From Mobula hypostoma (taxonomy: Eukaryota): 64,000 nucleotides of DNA. The position numbers and the translations under genes were made by a program. The first letter of the stretch is position 1. The number at the start of each line of letters is the position of its first letter. The stretch spans positions 114,206,001 to 114,270,000 of the forward strand of contig NC_086097.1 in assembly GCF_963921235.1 (NCBI RefSeq), given 5' to 3'. The notes under the pieces are model-generated. The model did no database searches and was not told where the DNA came from. It was given only the letters and a program-made list of their open reading frames with translations. Shown one piece after another: positions 52,007-64,000 of this stretch.

Positions 52007-54487
52007 TGTTAGGGAAATTAATTTGCGAAGGAAATTCAATTGAAGTTAATCACAAGTAAATTAGATACGGACTTTGATGTAAAGAGAGCTTTATTCACGA
52101 TGTCGTGGGGAGTGGAACCTCCAACAGTGGGTTTCAAACAACAAATAATACAGAGGTCACAGCTGCTTTTATACATGTACAAATCGATTGCAAAAGCAAA
52201 GGCTGTTCGATTAACCCTGTGAATTAGAAAAGATAAGTTAGGTTCACATGCAAGCAACACACACAAAGTACTGGAGGAACTCAGCAGGCCAGGCAGCATC
52301 TATGGAAGAGAGTACAGTTGACGTTTTGGGCTGAGATGGGTCAATACTTCAAAAGGGGTCAACCTAGTGGTCCTATTAATGAATTCTCAAGGTATGCAGA
52401 ACAATCAGCAGCATCTCAGGACATTTCGGTCCCGCCTTTGGCATACTTTGGCCAGAATGTCTTTCAGTATTCCATTCATCCTTTCCATTATTCCAGTTGA
52501 TTGTGGTTGATAGGGCACATATCACTCCCAGGAGCATCCCTGGCCTTGCCCAGTGCTTCAGTTAATTTCCCCATGAAGTGATTCCTTACAAGGAATCCCA
52601 AATCAGGGAATAATCTTCTTCATCAGTAATTTAACTACTGTCCTAGTGTCATCTTTTTGTGTGGGAAAGGTCTCTATCCACTATTACTAACAGATATTTA
52701 TATCCCCCATAGCTGGCATATGTAAAAGTCTATTTAGTCAAAGCGCAGACTCATAAATTGTACCGTCAGCTAGGATGCAGGCTGTAGTGAGAGCAAATAG
52801 CTCAGCTGCTTGCTTGATGTTCCTGAAGGGAGATAACCCGCTTCCAATACCTCATGACAAGTCACCAGGGCATACCCAGCCGGTGTCTCAAAATCATTAG
52901 GTTTACACGATCAACCATCAGTAAAAATAATTAGATCTGGGTTATTTAAAGGGGCAGAACTCACATCAGGACCAGAGTAGGTAATGGCTTCTACAGTTAA
53001 CACACAACCATTTTGTATGGCGTCATTGTGAATGGTAACAAGGGTGCTCTTTTAAGAAGCAAATTTGGCTTTGATAATAGCAAACCCTGTTTGCTTTTCT
53101 GCTGTAGAGTGCTGTTAGCCGCTGAATTGAGGAGTAGCATTACTGCATCAGGAGTCAGTACTGTGCAGAAGTGTTCCAATATTATAGACGTTGCCTTTTC
53201 GATCATCACTGCTGTCGCTGCTGTAGTTCGTAGGCAGCCAGGCAAGCCACGTACCACGGGTGGTAATTGAGTGGAGTAATATGCCACCGGTCTTTTCAAG
53301 CCATTGTGTTCCCGAGTCAGCATGGCGAGGGCAAATCCCTCCTTTTCATTAGTATATAACTGGAAGGATTTAGAGTAGTCAGGAATGCCCAAGGCTGATG
53401 CGTGGAGCAATTCCTTCTTTAGAGCCTCATATGCCTGTTCCATTTCTGGGCTCCAATGGATTTGAGACGGTGCCTCCTGTAGTACAGCTGACCATAGCAC
53501 AGCATCATAGGTCCTGTATTCAGGAACAGTGTCGACAATGATCTGTCATTCCGAGAAGTGCATCTCTTTTTTGACATTTTCTGGTCTAAGAGATTGTGTA
53601 ATAGCGGACACATGTTCAGGACCAAGTCTCCCAGTGCCTTGTTGCAGAACATAGCCCAAGTAGGTAGCAGTTGTTCGGCAGAAATATAACTTAGATAACG
53701 AGGCTCGGTGTCCATGAGCGGCCAGGTGATTTAACAGTGTTACAGAGTCTTTCTGGCAATCTGCCAGTGTTTTGGAGGCCAGCAGCAGATCATCAGCATA
53801 TTGTAAAATGGCACTGGTGCCTGGCAACAGGAACGCATTCTAATCGCCTCGTACTGCAGCTCCACATACCGCAGGGCTCTCGGTATAGCCCTGTGGTAAA
53901 TTCGTCCAGGTATATTTTTGTCCATTATATATAAAGGCGAACAGGTATTAACCATCCTTGTGTAGAGGGACCAAAAAGAATGTACACTGAATGTACTGTA
54001 CACCTTTTTCTCAGTATGTTTATTCATCGGACCTTTTGTAGGTGGATCGGCAGGCCTCGAGGCTGTGTTTCTTATCTGCGGCACAACACTGGTGGCATTT
54101 GCATATTTACTTTCATTACTACCCATTCTTACCTGTTAGTTTTAGGTTAACCTGTAATCAAATTTGGCTTTCAATCACAATACAATTTCCTTATCCTTTT
54201 CTTGCCAGAATTTATCTCAGTCTTCGAAGTCCCTAATGCCCTTTAGTTTGACTATTCACTGGACTCGCTGTGGGTATCGGACCCTGTCTTCCATCTTCCG
54301 TCTTGCCCTTCTCCAGGAGCTCAGGGATGGTCATCCCCGGAGACTCAGAGCGGCTCACGGTCAAACGTTCTCACGAATGTTTCCCGCATTGTCAGAGAAA
54401 TTTGCTATCGCCCCGGTTTGCTTGGACCCGTATCTCTTGGGATCCCATTCCTGTCGCCAAATTGTTAGCAAATTAATTTCTCTAACA
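52007..54487 (-). mobile_element. Internally deleted, env-less class I-like endogenous retrovirus
   Basis: PBS-like TGGCGACAGG, gag start MGSNESK at 54126, RT LPQG and LQYADDLLL, tether ALGIPDY..RPVAYYS, RNase H FTDG/AAELFAL, integrase fragment IETFP, PPT-like AAAGGCGGGACCGAAA, 3' LTR 52423-52007 (TGT...ACA with AATAAA). Confidence 0.8.
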
Positions 54488-55469
54488 ATGGCCACAGCTG
54501 CAGCATTGTCTTTCTCAGCTGTTCTCTGCAGTCTTGATATCACATTGATTGAATCAAATTGAGCATTGGCTTCTTGTGCTAGTAAGAATCTCAGGATGGA
54601 TCAACCAGATGATGTTTAAGGCTGGGCTTTGTCTTTGGCAGTCACATGCTGGCTCTGCTTTTGCTGAGAATTAAGATATTCTTGGAGATTTCCACCATCT
54701 CTTTATGGTATTCTTCAATCATTCACACCTGAATGTGGTATTGCTGCACAGCTATGATTTGATGCTTTGGTTGAGGGATTGTTTAGCTCCATCTTTTCCA
54801 TTCTGTTTTAGCTGTTAAGCACATATGTTTGGTGTTGCACATTCACCAATTTCACGCCACATTTTATTTTTAGGCATACAGTTGATTCCAGTTAATTGGG
54901 ATACATCAGGACCTGTACATGAGAACATAAGAAACAGGAGCAGGAGTAGCCCATCTGGCCTGCTGAGCCTGCCCCGCCATTGAATAAGATCACGGCTGAT
55001 CTGGCCATGGATTCATCTCCAACTAACTGCCTTTTCACTATAACCCTTAATTCCTCAGTAAGTATATTTAAGACAAGATTGGATGCAAAAATCTATCCAA
55101 CCTTATTTTAAATATATTTACTGAAGTAGCCCCCACTGCTTAATTGGGCAGAGAATGCCACAGATTCACCACTCTCTGGGAAAAGCAGTTTGTCCTCATC
55201 TCCGTCCTAAATCTACTCCTCCAAATCTTGAGGCTATGTCCCCTCGTTGTAGTCTGATCACCAATAAATTCCTATATCTTATTACCCTTTCATAATTTTA
55301 TATGTGTCTATAAGATCTCTTCTCATTCTTCTGAATTCCAGCAAGTACAGTCACAGGCGAATCAATCTCTCCACATAGTCTAACCTCCTCATCTCTGAAA
55401 TCAACCCAGTGAACCTTCTCTGCGCCACCTCCAAAGCCAGGATATTCTTCCTCAAGTAAGGAGTCCAGA

Positions 55470-58400
55470 CAAGGAGAGACTGTTTCGATTCGCTCGATCT
55501 AAAGGTTTCATTGATTTTTCGGATCTTAAGTTCCGATTCGTGGAAGATTTCAGTAAACCAATCTGGGACCAACGGGTTCGCTACAGATCTGTGATGTCGG
55601 AATTCTATAAGATGGATTTAAGACCAGCGCTGCTGTACCCTGCACGTTTAAGGATTCGCATGTCCGATGGAGCCCTTCGTTTTTTTGATGCTCCATCGGA
55701 TGCCCAGAGTTATCTGGATCAATTTTCACCTTCAACATCTTAATTGTTATTTTTTTAACTATCTCCGTTGATCGGAGGCTGTGTATTGGTTGGTTTTAAC
55801 TTTTTCGTGCCCTATTTGGGCAGAAAAGTTTATTTTTTGATTTCTTAATATGGTTGCTAAACTTTCTTTTTAACTGCGTCATTTCTTTCTTTTCCCAGGG
55901 GATTCTGGGTGGTTACTTCCTTATTGTCATTTTACGTATTTCCTGTGTGGCCTTAAATTTTGTAGTTTTTTTAAAATTTTATTTTGTTTTGCTTTTTATA
56001 ACTAGTTTATGTTAATAATCTTATTTTTTCTTGTTGTTGTTTTGTTTATTCATGGGTTTGGGGTTTATTGTGGGTTTTTTTAATATATATTTTCTGGCTT
56101 TTGTTCTGTTGTGTGTGTATTTTAATTGTGTTACCTTTTTTTTTACTTTGTTACTGTTTTACAATTAGCTGATCTTTTTCATATTTATACCTTTTTTGTA
56201 GGGAGCGTATACCGGAAGTCATGGGGGTAGTTTTAGCGCTTGCTTCTTTCGGGCGGGTCTGCTTTAGATTTTGCCTTGGGGTCTTGGGGTGGAGGGTGGT
56301 GGGAGGGGCTTCACGTTTTAGTTTTTTTCTTTTTGGGCTATATACACTATTGAAGTACTGGTTGCGTCCTTTTTCCCGGTATCTTTTGTATGTTCTGTTT
56401 CCTCTCCGGGTTCGTGGGTCGAGCCTATCGTCAATCCTCCTTGCTGTGGGTTGACTTTAGGATTTATGGAGTCTATTATTAATTTTGTCTCCTGGAATAC
56501 TAACGGTCTTAATCATCCTATTAAAAGGAAAAAAGTTTTTAAAGTGTTCCGGAGACTTAAAGCACAAATTTTATTTTTACAAGAGACCCATGTACGGAGG
56601 GGGGACAGACTACGTTTTTTTAAATTCTGGAAGGAGCAACAATTTCATTCGAACTCCAATGCTAAGATTCGAGGCGTCTCTATTTTTATAGATTCCTCAG
56701 TTACTTTTATACAACAGGATATTTTTTTCTGATCCGAATGGTAGATTTTTATTGGTTAGTGGTTTACTATTTAATAAAAAAGTAGTTTTGGTTAATGTTA
56801 ATGCTCCTAATATGGACTGTCCGGAATTTTATAAATCATTATTTAATCAGTTTCCGAATTTGAACGAGTTTTCATTGATCTGGGGCGGAGATCTTAATAC
56901 CTGTTTGTCTCCAGCTTTGGACCGTTCGGCTCCTTTATGGACCTTACCTAATAAATCTGCAACTTTGATTAACTCTTTCCTTTCTGATTCTGGGTCGATG
57001 GACATTTGGCGTTTTCTGCATCCTCAGGAAAAAGATTTTTCTTTCTTTTCACATGTTCATCATTCCTATTCAAGAATTGATTATTTTTTTATTGATTCTC
57101 GTCTTATTCCTTCAGTGATTAAATGTGATTATGATTCTATAACCATTTCGGATCATGCTCCACTTAAGCTTTCTATTAAAATTATGGCCAATATACAAAA
57201 TAATAGACAATGGCGTTTTAATTCGCTGTTGCTTCAGGACTCGGACTTTGTTAACTTTATGAATGAACAGATTGAGCTTTTTTTTACAATTAACCATACA
57301 GAGTATATTTCGGTTAACACTCTTTGGGACACTTTTAAAGCCTATATTCGTGGTCAGATTATCTCGTATTCTGCTGCTTTGAGGAAGAAGCAGAAGCAGG
57401 AGGAGATGGTAATTGTGGACAAGATTAAAGAAATTGATAAGAAATATGTTATGGCTCCTTCTGAGGAGTTATACAAACAAAGAACTGAACTTCAAATGGA
57501 ACACAGTTTACTACTCTCGTCCTCGATTGTAAACCAATTAAAGAAAACAAGAAGTGAATTTTATGTTCACAGTGATAAAATTGGCAAGCTGCTGGCTAAT
57601 CAATTGAAGTCTAATTATGTTAAATCTCAAATCAATCAGATTTATAACCAAAATGATCGATTGATACTGGATCATGTGGGGATTAACCAAACCTTTTGTG
57701 ATTTTTATTCTTCTTTATATCAATCAGAGTCTCCTCGAGATTCTAAATATATGAATGATTTTTTAGATAATTTAGACTTCCTTCAGATTTCACAGGATAT
57801 GTCTTCTATATTAGATACTGCCATTACTATGGATGGGATTAAGAATGTTATTCTTTCTATAAATTTGGGGAAAGCTCCTGGCCCGGATGGGTTTACCGTT
57901 GAATTTTATAAATGTTTTGCTTCTTTATTGATCCCTTGGCTCTGTAGGGTTTTTGAGGCTTCTCTGAAACTTGGTAAACTTCCTGAATCTTTTAATAGAG
58001 CGTCAATTTCTTTAATATTAAAGAAGGATAAAGACCCTGCTCAATGTGCATCTTATAGACCAATATCTCTATTAAATGTTGATTCTAAAGTTTTTTCTAA
58101 GTTATTAGCAAATAGACTAGAAAAGGTACTTCCTTCTATTATTTCGGAAGACCAAACGGGTTTTATTAAAGGTCGTTACTCTTTTTATAATATTCGTACA
58201 TTGTTAAATATCGTTTATACTCCTTCACAAAATGTTCCTGAGTGTGTTATTTCTTTAGACGCCGAGAAAGCTTTTGATAGAGTAGAATGGCCTTATTTAT
58301 TTAAGATGCTTGAAATGTTTAATTTTAGCTTGAAATTTATATCCTGGATTAAACTGTTATATCATTCCCCTGTAGCCTCGGTCCGTACTAACTCTTTAAA

Positions 58401-60594
58401 CTCACCTTTTTTTCCTCTTTTTCGAGGTACTCAACAAGGCTGTCCTCTTAGTCCCCTATTATTTGATATTGCATTAGAACCTCTTGCAATTGCCATTCGA
58501 GAATCTTCAAATATTACTGGGATAACTCGGGGATTAAAGTCCCATAAATTATCACTCTATGCTGATGATTTACTTTTATATATTTCTAATCCTGAGAAAT
58601 CCATTCCTGCTGTTTTAGAGTTATTAGCACAATTTGGTTTTTTTTCAGGTTATAAATTAAATCTTAGTAAGAGTGAACTCTTTCCGATTAATAAACATCT
58701 TCCCTTATATTATAAATTTCCATTTAAATTGATTGATAACTATTTTTCTTATCTTGGGATTAAAATTACTTGTAAATATAAAGATTTATTTAAGATTAAC
58801 TTTTTACCATTAATAGACCATATTACTCAACTTTCATCTAAATGGTTTCCTTTATATTTAACTTTGATTGGTCGTATTAATGCAGTTAAGATGTTTTTTT
58901 TGCCAAAATTTTTATATGTGTTTCAGGCATTACCAATTTTTGTTCCAAAATCTTTCTTTGATAAAGTTGACTCTAAAATTTCTTCATTTATTTGGCAGAA
59001 TAAAAATCCGAGACTGGGTAAAATACATTTACAGAAAGCTAAGAGAGATGGAGGTTTAGCATTACCTAACTTTAGATTCTATTATTGGGCAATTAATATT
59101 CGACATATGAAATTTTGGTTACTTGACCAGGATATACTATCTATTCCTAAATGGGTAGCATTGGAATTACAATCTGTTCAGGGCTATACACTTGGCTCTA
59201 TTTTAGGTTCCTCTCTCCCTTTTGATTCGAAACGCCTTAAGCAGGTGTCTAACCCGATAGTTAAATATGCTTTGCGTATTTGGTTTCAATTCAGAAAATT
59301 TTTTGATCTTAATCAATTCGGGTTAGCGATTCCTATTTTAGGTAACATATTTTTTCCTCCCTCTTTTACGGATCGCGCTTTTCAAACTTGGAAGACTAAG
59401 GGTATTTTACGGTTTTTGGATTTATTTTTAGATGGTTCCCTTATGTCTTTTGAACAATTATCTAATAAATATAACTTATCAAGAATACATTTTTTTAGAT
59501 ATTTACAAGTTAGAAATTTCCTGAGTACTATACTTTCTTCCTTTCCAATGCTTCCTCCTACATATATTTTAGATTCGATAATTAACCTTAATCCATGTCA
59601 GAAAGGTGCATCGGCTATGATTTATAATATTATTATGAAACTTAGGAAAGCTCCATTTGATAAGATTAGGGTAGATTGGGAACAGGAATTGGGGCTTACC
59701 ATTTCTGTGGATGATTGGGGGCAGATTTTACAATTAGTCAATACTTCCTCTATTTGTGCTAAACATTCCCTAATTCAATTTAAAGTTGTTCATACAGCAC
59801 ATATGTCCAAAGATAAGTTAGCGCATTTTTACTTGCATATTAATCCTTTTTGTGATAGATGTTCGGGGCAGATAGCCTCTTTAACTCATATGTTTTGGTC
59901 TTGCCCTACTTTGGAAACTTTTTGGAGAGACATTTTTAATATTATTTCTAAGGTATTAAATATAGATATCTCTCCTCACCCTATTACTGCTATCTTTGGA
60001 CTACCTAAAATTTCTAGTAATCTTTCCCCTTCAGCCCGTAGAATGATTGCATTTCTTACTTTAATGGCGAAAAGATGTATTTTACAACATTGGAAAGAGC
60101 TTAATGCTCCAACTACCTTTTTTTGGTTCTCTCAGACGATATTATGTTTGAATCTGGAGAAAATTAGAAGTAACCTTTATGATTCTTCATTTAAATTTGA
60201 ACAGACTTGGGGATCTTTTATTCGATATTTTCATTTAATGTAATATATACCCTTCTTGTTTCTTTTCACTGTTTTTAATGGAGGTCGGGATTGAGGACGT
60301 GATTTTAAGTTTAACTCTGTTTGGTTTCAAGTTAGCCCATTGCTTTGCTTTGCTTTTAGTTAGTTGCACGGTGGGTTTTTTTTTGGGGTTTTTTTTTCTT
60401 TTTTTCTATTGATATATATATAAAATTTAGTATACTATTATGTTATCTTGGTTTCTTATGTTTAAATTACATTGTTTGTAGTATTCTTTTTTGGTATTGA
60501 TACCTTCTGTAATTTTATTATATTTTAACATTGTATTAATGTTTATATGGCTTACCTTTTTGTATACTTATTCAATAAAAAGATTTTTAAAAAA
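55470..60594 (+). mobile_element. L1-clade LINE, 5'-truncated within ORF1, young
   Basis: 16 bp TSD AAGTAAGGAGTCCAGA at 55454-55469 and 60595-60610; ORF1 C-terminus (EDFSK...LLYPARLRI) to 55743; AATAAA at 60574 and an A-tail. Confidence 0.95.
56466..60243 (+). pseudogene. L1 ORF2 (APE, RT, CCHC) with one extra T in the T7 run at 56722-56728
   Basis: SWNTNGLN, LQETH, GGDLN, SRIDY, SDH, QGCPLSP, YADD, CDRC...HMFWSC. Removing one T joins the two ORFs into 1258 aa. Confidence 0.9.
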
Positions 60595-63500
60595 AAGTAA
60601 GGAGTCCAGAGCTGCACACAGTACTCCAGGTATAGCCTCACCAGTACCCTGTACAGTTGCAGCATATTCTCCGGCTCTTATATTCAGTCTCTCTAGCAAT
60701 GAAGGCTAACATTCCATTTGACTTCTTGATTGCCTGCAGCTCCTACAAACCAACCTTTTGTGATTCATGCACAAGCACTGCTAAGTCCCTCTACACATCA
60801 GTATGCTGCAAATTTGTACCATTTAAATAATAATCTGCTCTTTATTTTCCTTCCAAATTGGATGACCTCGCTTTTACCAACATTGTACTCCATCTGCCAG
60901 ACCCTTGCTCACTCACTTATCTATATTTTTCCGCAGACGCTCCATATCTTCTGCACAATTTGTTTTTCCAGTTAATTCAGTATCATCAGCAAACCTAGAT
61001 ACACTACACTCGGTCCCCTCTTCCAGATCGTTAATGTATATCATGGACAGTTGCGGGCCCAGCACTGACCCCGATGGCACACCGCTCACCACTGATTGCC
61101 AACCAGAGTAACACCCATGTATCCCAACGCTCTGCTTTCTACTTCTTAATCAATCCTCTATCCATGCTAATATATCACCCCCAACTCTATGCATCCTTAT
61201 CTTATGAATGTCTTTTATGTCGCACCTTATTGAATGCCTTCTGGAAATCCAAGTAAATTTAATGTCCATCTGTTTCCCCCCATCCACTGTGCTCATTGTA
61301 TCCACAAAGAACTCCAGTAAGTTTGTGAAACAGGATCTGCTTTTGCTGAATCCTTAGTACATCTGCCTGATGGGTCCATTTCTTTCCAGATGCCTTGCTA
61401 TTTCTTCCTTAATGATTGCTTTAAGCATTTTCCTAACTACAGATGTTAAACTAACTGGCTCTGTTTACCTGCCTTTTGCTTATCTCCTTTTTTGAAGAGT
61501 GGCATGACATTTGCTGTCTTCCAATCTGCCAGGACCTGCCCAGAGTCCAGAGAATTTGGTAAATCATCACCAAAGCCTCTATTATGACTTCTGCCATTTC
61601 TTTCAGTACACTGGGATGCAATCCATCAGGACCAGGGGACTTAACTAACTTCAGGCCCACAGGTTTGCTCAGCATTATCTCTTTAGTTCTAGCTATTGTA
61701 TCGAGGTCCTCACCTCCCATTGCATCCATAACATCTCTCTCTGGCATGGTAGATGCATGCTCCACCAAGAAGACCAACACAAAATACACTTTGGCCAAAT
61801 TAAGCAGCTTCCCCAATCAGTCAGAGTTTCATGAAAATAGTTAAAAGGTTTAAAAAAGACAAATAACTATTTAACTCAGTAACAAATTATGTATTTAAAT
61901 GAAATACAGAACAAATTAGGACACTACCAATGCTACTGCAGTACCATAAATCTGTGTATTAGTTCCTAATAATTATTGACGGAGGTATTCATCCAGTATA
62001 TATTGCCGTGTATGGGGTGTCCAGGGAGGGGTCACACCTCTGGTGAAGGAACTTGTGTCCATTCTGGGGGAGCTCACACACCTTTGGTCCCCGCTGGACA
62101 CTCATCTCTCACCTGTGGCTCCAAGTAGCTGTTTGCTTGCGACAGCAGCCACACACCAGTACACCACTTTGCAGGCAGTCTAAACCACAGGAGGATAGCC
62201 AGAAATCCTCATACCCTGGTGAAATAGGGAAATTCATATGAGGTCAGCTTCAGCTGACTGGGCGGATAAGATCACCAATAATGCATTGATGAGATCGGTG
62301 GCCAAGAAGGTGGTTCTGCATCACTTTGTGATAAAGCACAGAAGAAGTCATGATTATCCACTGTAACCAAGGAAGACCCCAGTTTGTGACAACAACTGGT
62401 ACAACTGCACCAGGCTTCTGAGGTCGAGAGTGTGGAACTGTCCCAGTGCAATGGCTTTTCCATTTTCAAAACTTTGCTGCACAGGTTTTGCATTCACTGC
62501 CATATACGACGGACAACCAACACTTTTGATTGACTGTAAATGAACAAAATTAACACAGATACCCAGTGCGGATAATGGACTGTCTTCATACAATGCTTTT
62601 GACGATTGCATCCTTATCTTCATTTTCCTTGTAACTTTCAAAATGTTTGTGATACCTCCAAATTCTTTGTAGTTCCTCACTTGTTGAAATAGTAAAGTTG
62701 TTTCATTTTCTCTCCCAACTGTTTCTGGCATCTCAAAGCCTGTATGCTTGAAACCACAGTGAGCAAAGCAACTCTTAAATTGTTTTCCTATTTATTTCTC
62801 GCCAACTATCACTGACAAAAATCACTGCTATTTGAAGGCACACAAATAAACCTGTTTAAAAACTGTTTAAGGATAGTGTAGTGTCTAACTATCCTCAAAT
62901 GATGCTAGCTAGTTAGAAACTGTTTGGTAATAGTCTCCTGTCCCAATTAAGTGGCATAGTGTCCCAAATAAATGAAGGGAATCCTGGCTATTTTCTCGAT
63001 TAATTTTTCTTCTTTAAGAGTTGTCCCAAATAATCAGCTGCCCCGATTAAATGATGGACCAATTAACCAGAATTCAGTATACTCAGCACTATTCCCAGTA
63101 TATCTGACTGAATTACTTGTTATGTCATGATGTACCTTGTGGCATGATAGGTATTGGTACAGTGAAGGATGTGACAAAACAATGTGATAGATGGTGATGA
63201 AATATAATTGTCTGACACGGTAGCTAACTAGTAACCATGCACAATAGTCAGCTTTAAATGCTGTTTTATTGAGTCTGTCTCAATTTGCATAATATTTATT
63301 CCCCATAATGTGATAAAGGATTATCTCAGTATAAAATACTTAAATTAATGAGCTAAGGGCTGGTGGAAAAAATGTTTTTATTTTTCTGAGAGTCTTGAGG
63401 TTAACTCTCAAGTTCTGAAGATGTCCATGCATCAATACTGCTTGCAAGTGTCTATATAAATAAATACTCCTTTCTTTTGACCACAAATTGTTTAATGTTA

Positions 63501-64000
63501 TAATAATCTTTGCTGCAAGGATAATGTGTACCCATAACCCTTTGCATAATTTCCTTCCAATATGTTTCAGTGTTTTAGGCATCTTGCTGATGTCTACCGA
63601 TGCTGGCCAGTTCTCTTCTTTCTCATGCAGGTGTTCATAGTTCATATGAGTTCTAAAAATAGGTGCTAATGGGCTGAACCATGGTAAAAAATATTCTTTT
63701 GTTTCCAAGAAACGCATTAATCTCTTTTCCTTTGTTCCAAAAATAATGTGTGATTGTCATAAAATTCTCTACTGGCCAAGCATGACTGTTATGGCTATGT
63801 TACAATTCTCCGGTCTAAAAGAATGTGTTTAACACTGCCATATTTGTCTACACTTTTTGCTCATGTCTAACAACTGCAGTAAGAGGGCCGACACTGGAGG
63901 TTTCCACACTGGAGCATAGGTTGATTTCTAATGCCAGATTCTGTTATGGATTGTTGCTAACTTTATGTGGACTCCTATCTGGCAAGGTTAGATTGGCTTC

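Larger units (their letters stand above)
54921..61789 (-). mobile_element. CR1 LINE fragment split by L1 (54921-55469 and 60611-61789)
   Basis: KSPGPDGLHP and LRKNILALEVAQRRFT peptides; continuous across the L1 TSD. Confidence 0.85.
54879..63079. mobile_element. Tigger/pogo-like non-autonomous DNA transposon split by later insertions (pieces 54879-54920 and about 61790-63079)
   Basis: TA-flanked degenerate TIRs CAGTTGATTCCAGTTAATTGG and CCAATTAACCAGAATTCAGTA. An extra repeat sits at about 62010-62490. Confidence 0.6.

Noticed and set aside
63340..63717. 125 aa minus-strand ORF, considered as a gag continuation or host exon
   Set aside because: The ERV already ends at 54487, and I recognise no domain or convincing splice context.
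43830..64000. Divergent neighbour gene (CYB5A is head-to-head with C18orf63 in human, from memory)
   Set aside because: No cytochrome b5 exon (such as HPGG) was recognised; it may lie beyond the window.

Overview
Eukaryotic, vertebrate-type genomic DNA, AT-rich and dense in transposons. The repeat complement (CR1 with SGNH ORF1, Rex1, Penelope, HE1-like and Deu-domain SINEs) suggests a cartilaginous fish such as a ray; this is inferred, not proven. One host gene is present on the minus strand: the 5' part of C18orf63 (DUF4708 family). Eight coding exons with GT-AG boundaries and compatible phases join into 233 uninterrupted codons, starting at ATG 42267 and continuing past the left edge of the window. 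A CpG-rich promoter and putative non-coding first exon lie at about 43.2-43.8 kb. Most other recognisable sequence is mobile DNA: an intact full-length CR1 LINE, a young inverted truncated copy of it, a near-intact L1, RTE, Rex1, Penelope, Tc1 and Tigger-like elements, a solo LTR, a heavily deleted class I-like ERV, SINEs and a ~480 bp fold-back element. The most notable observations are a correctly phased U_UUA_AAC -1 frameshift signal joining CR1 ORF1 to an AUG-less ORF2, a possible Argonaute N/L1/PAZ-like character of C18orf63, and a mini-ERV whose 5' LTR is reduced to a 25 bp palindrome. Family assignments come from motif recognition and memory, not from database searches.
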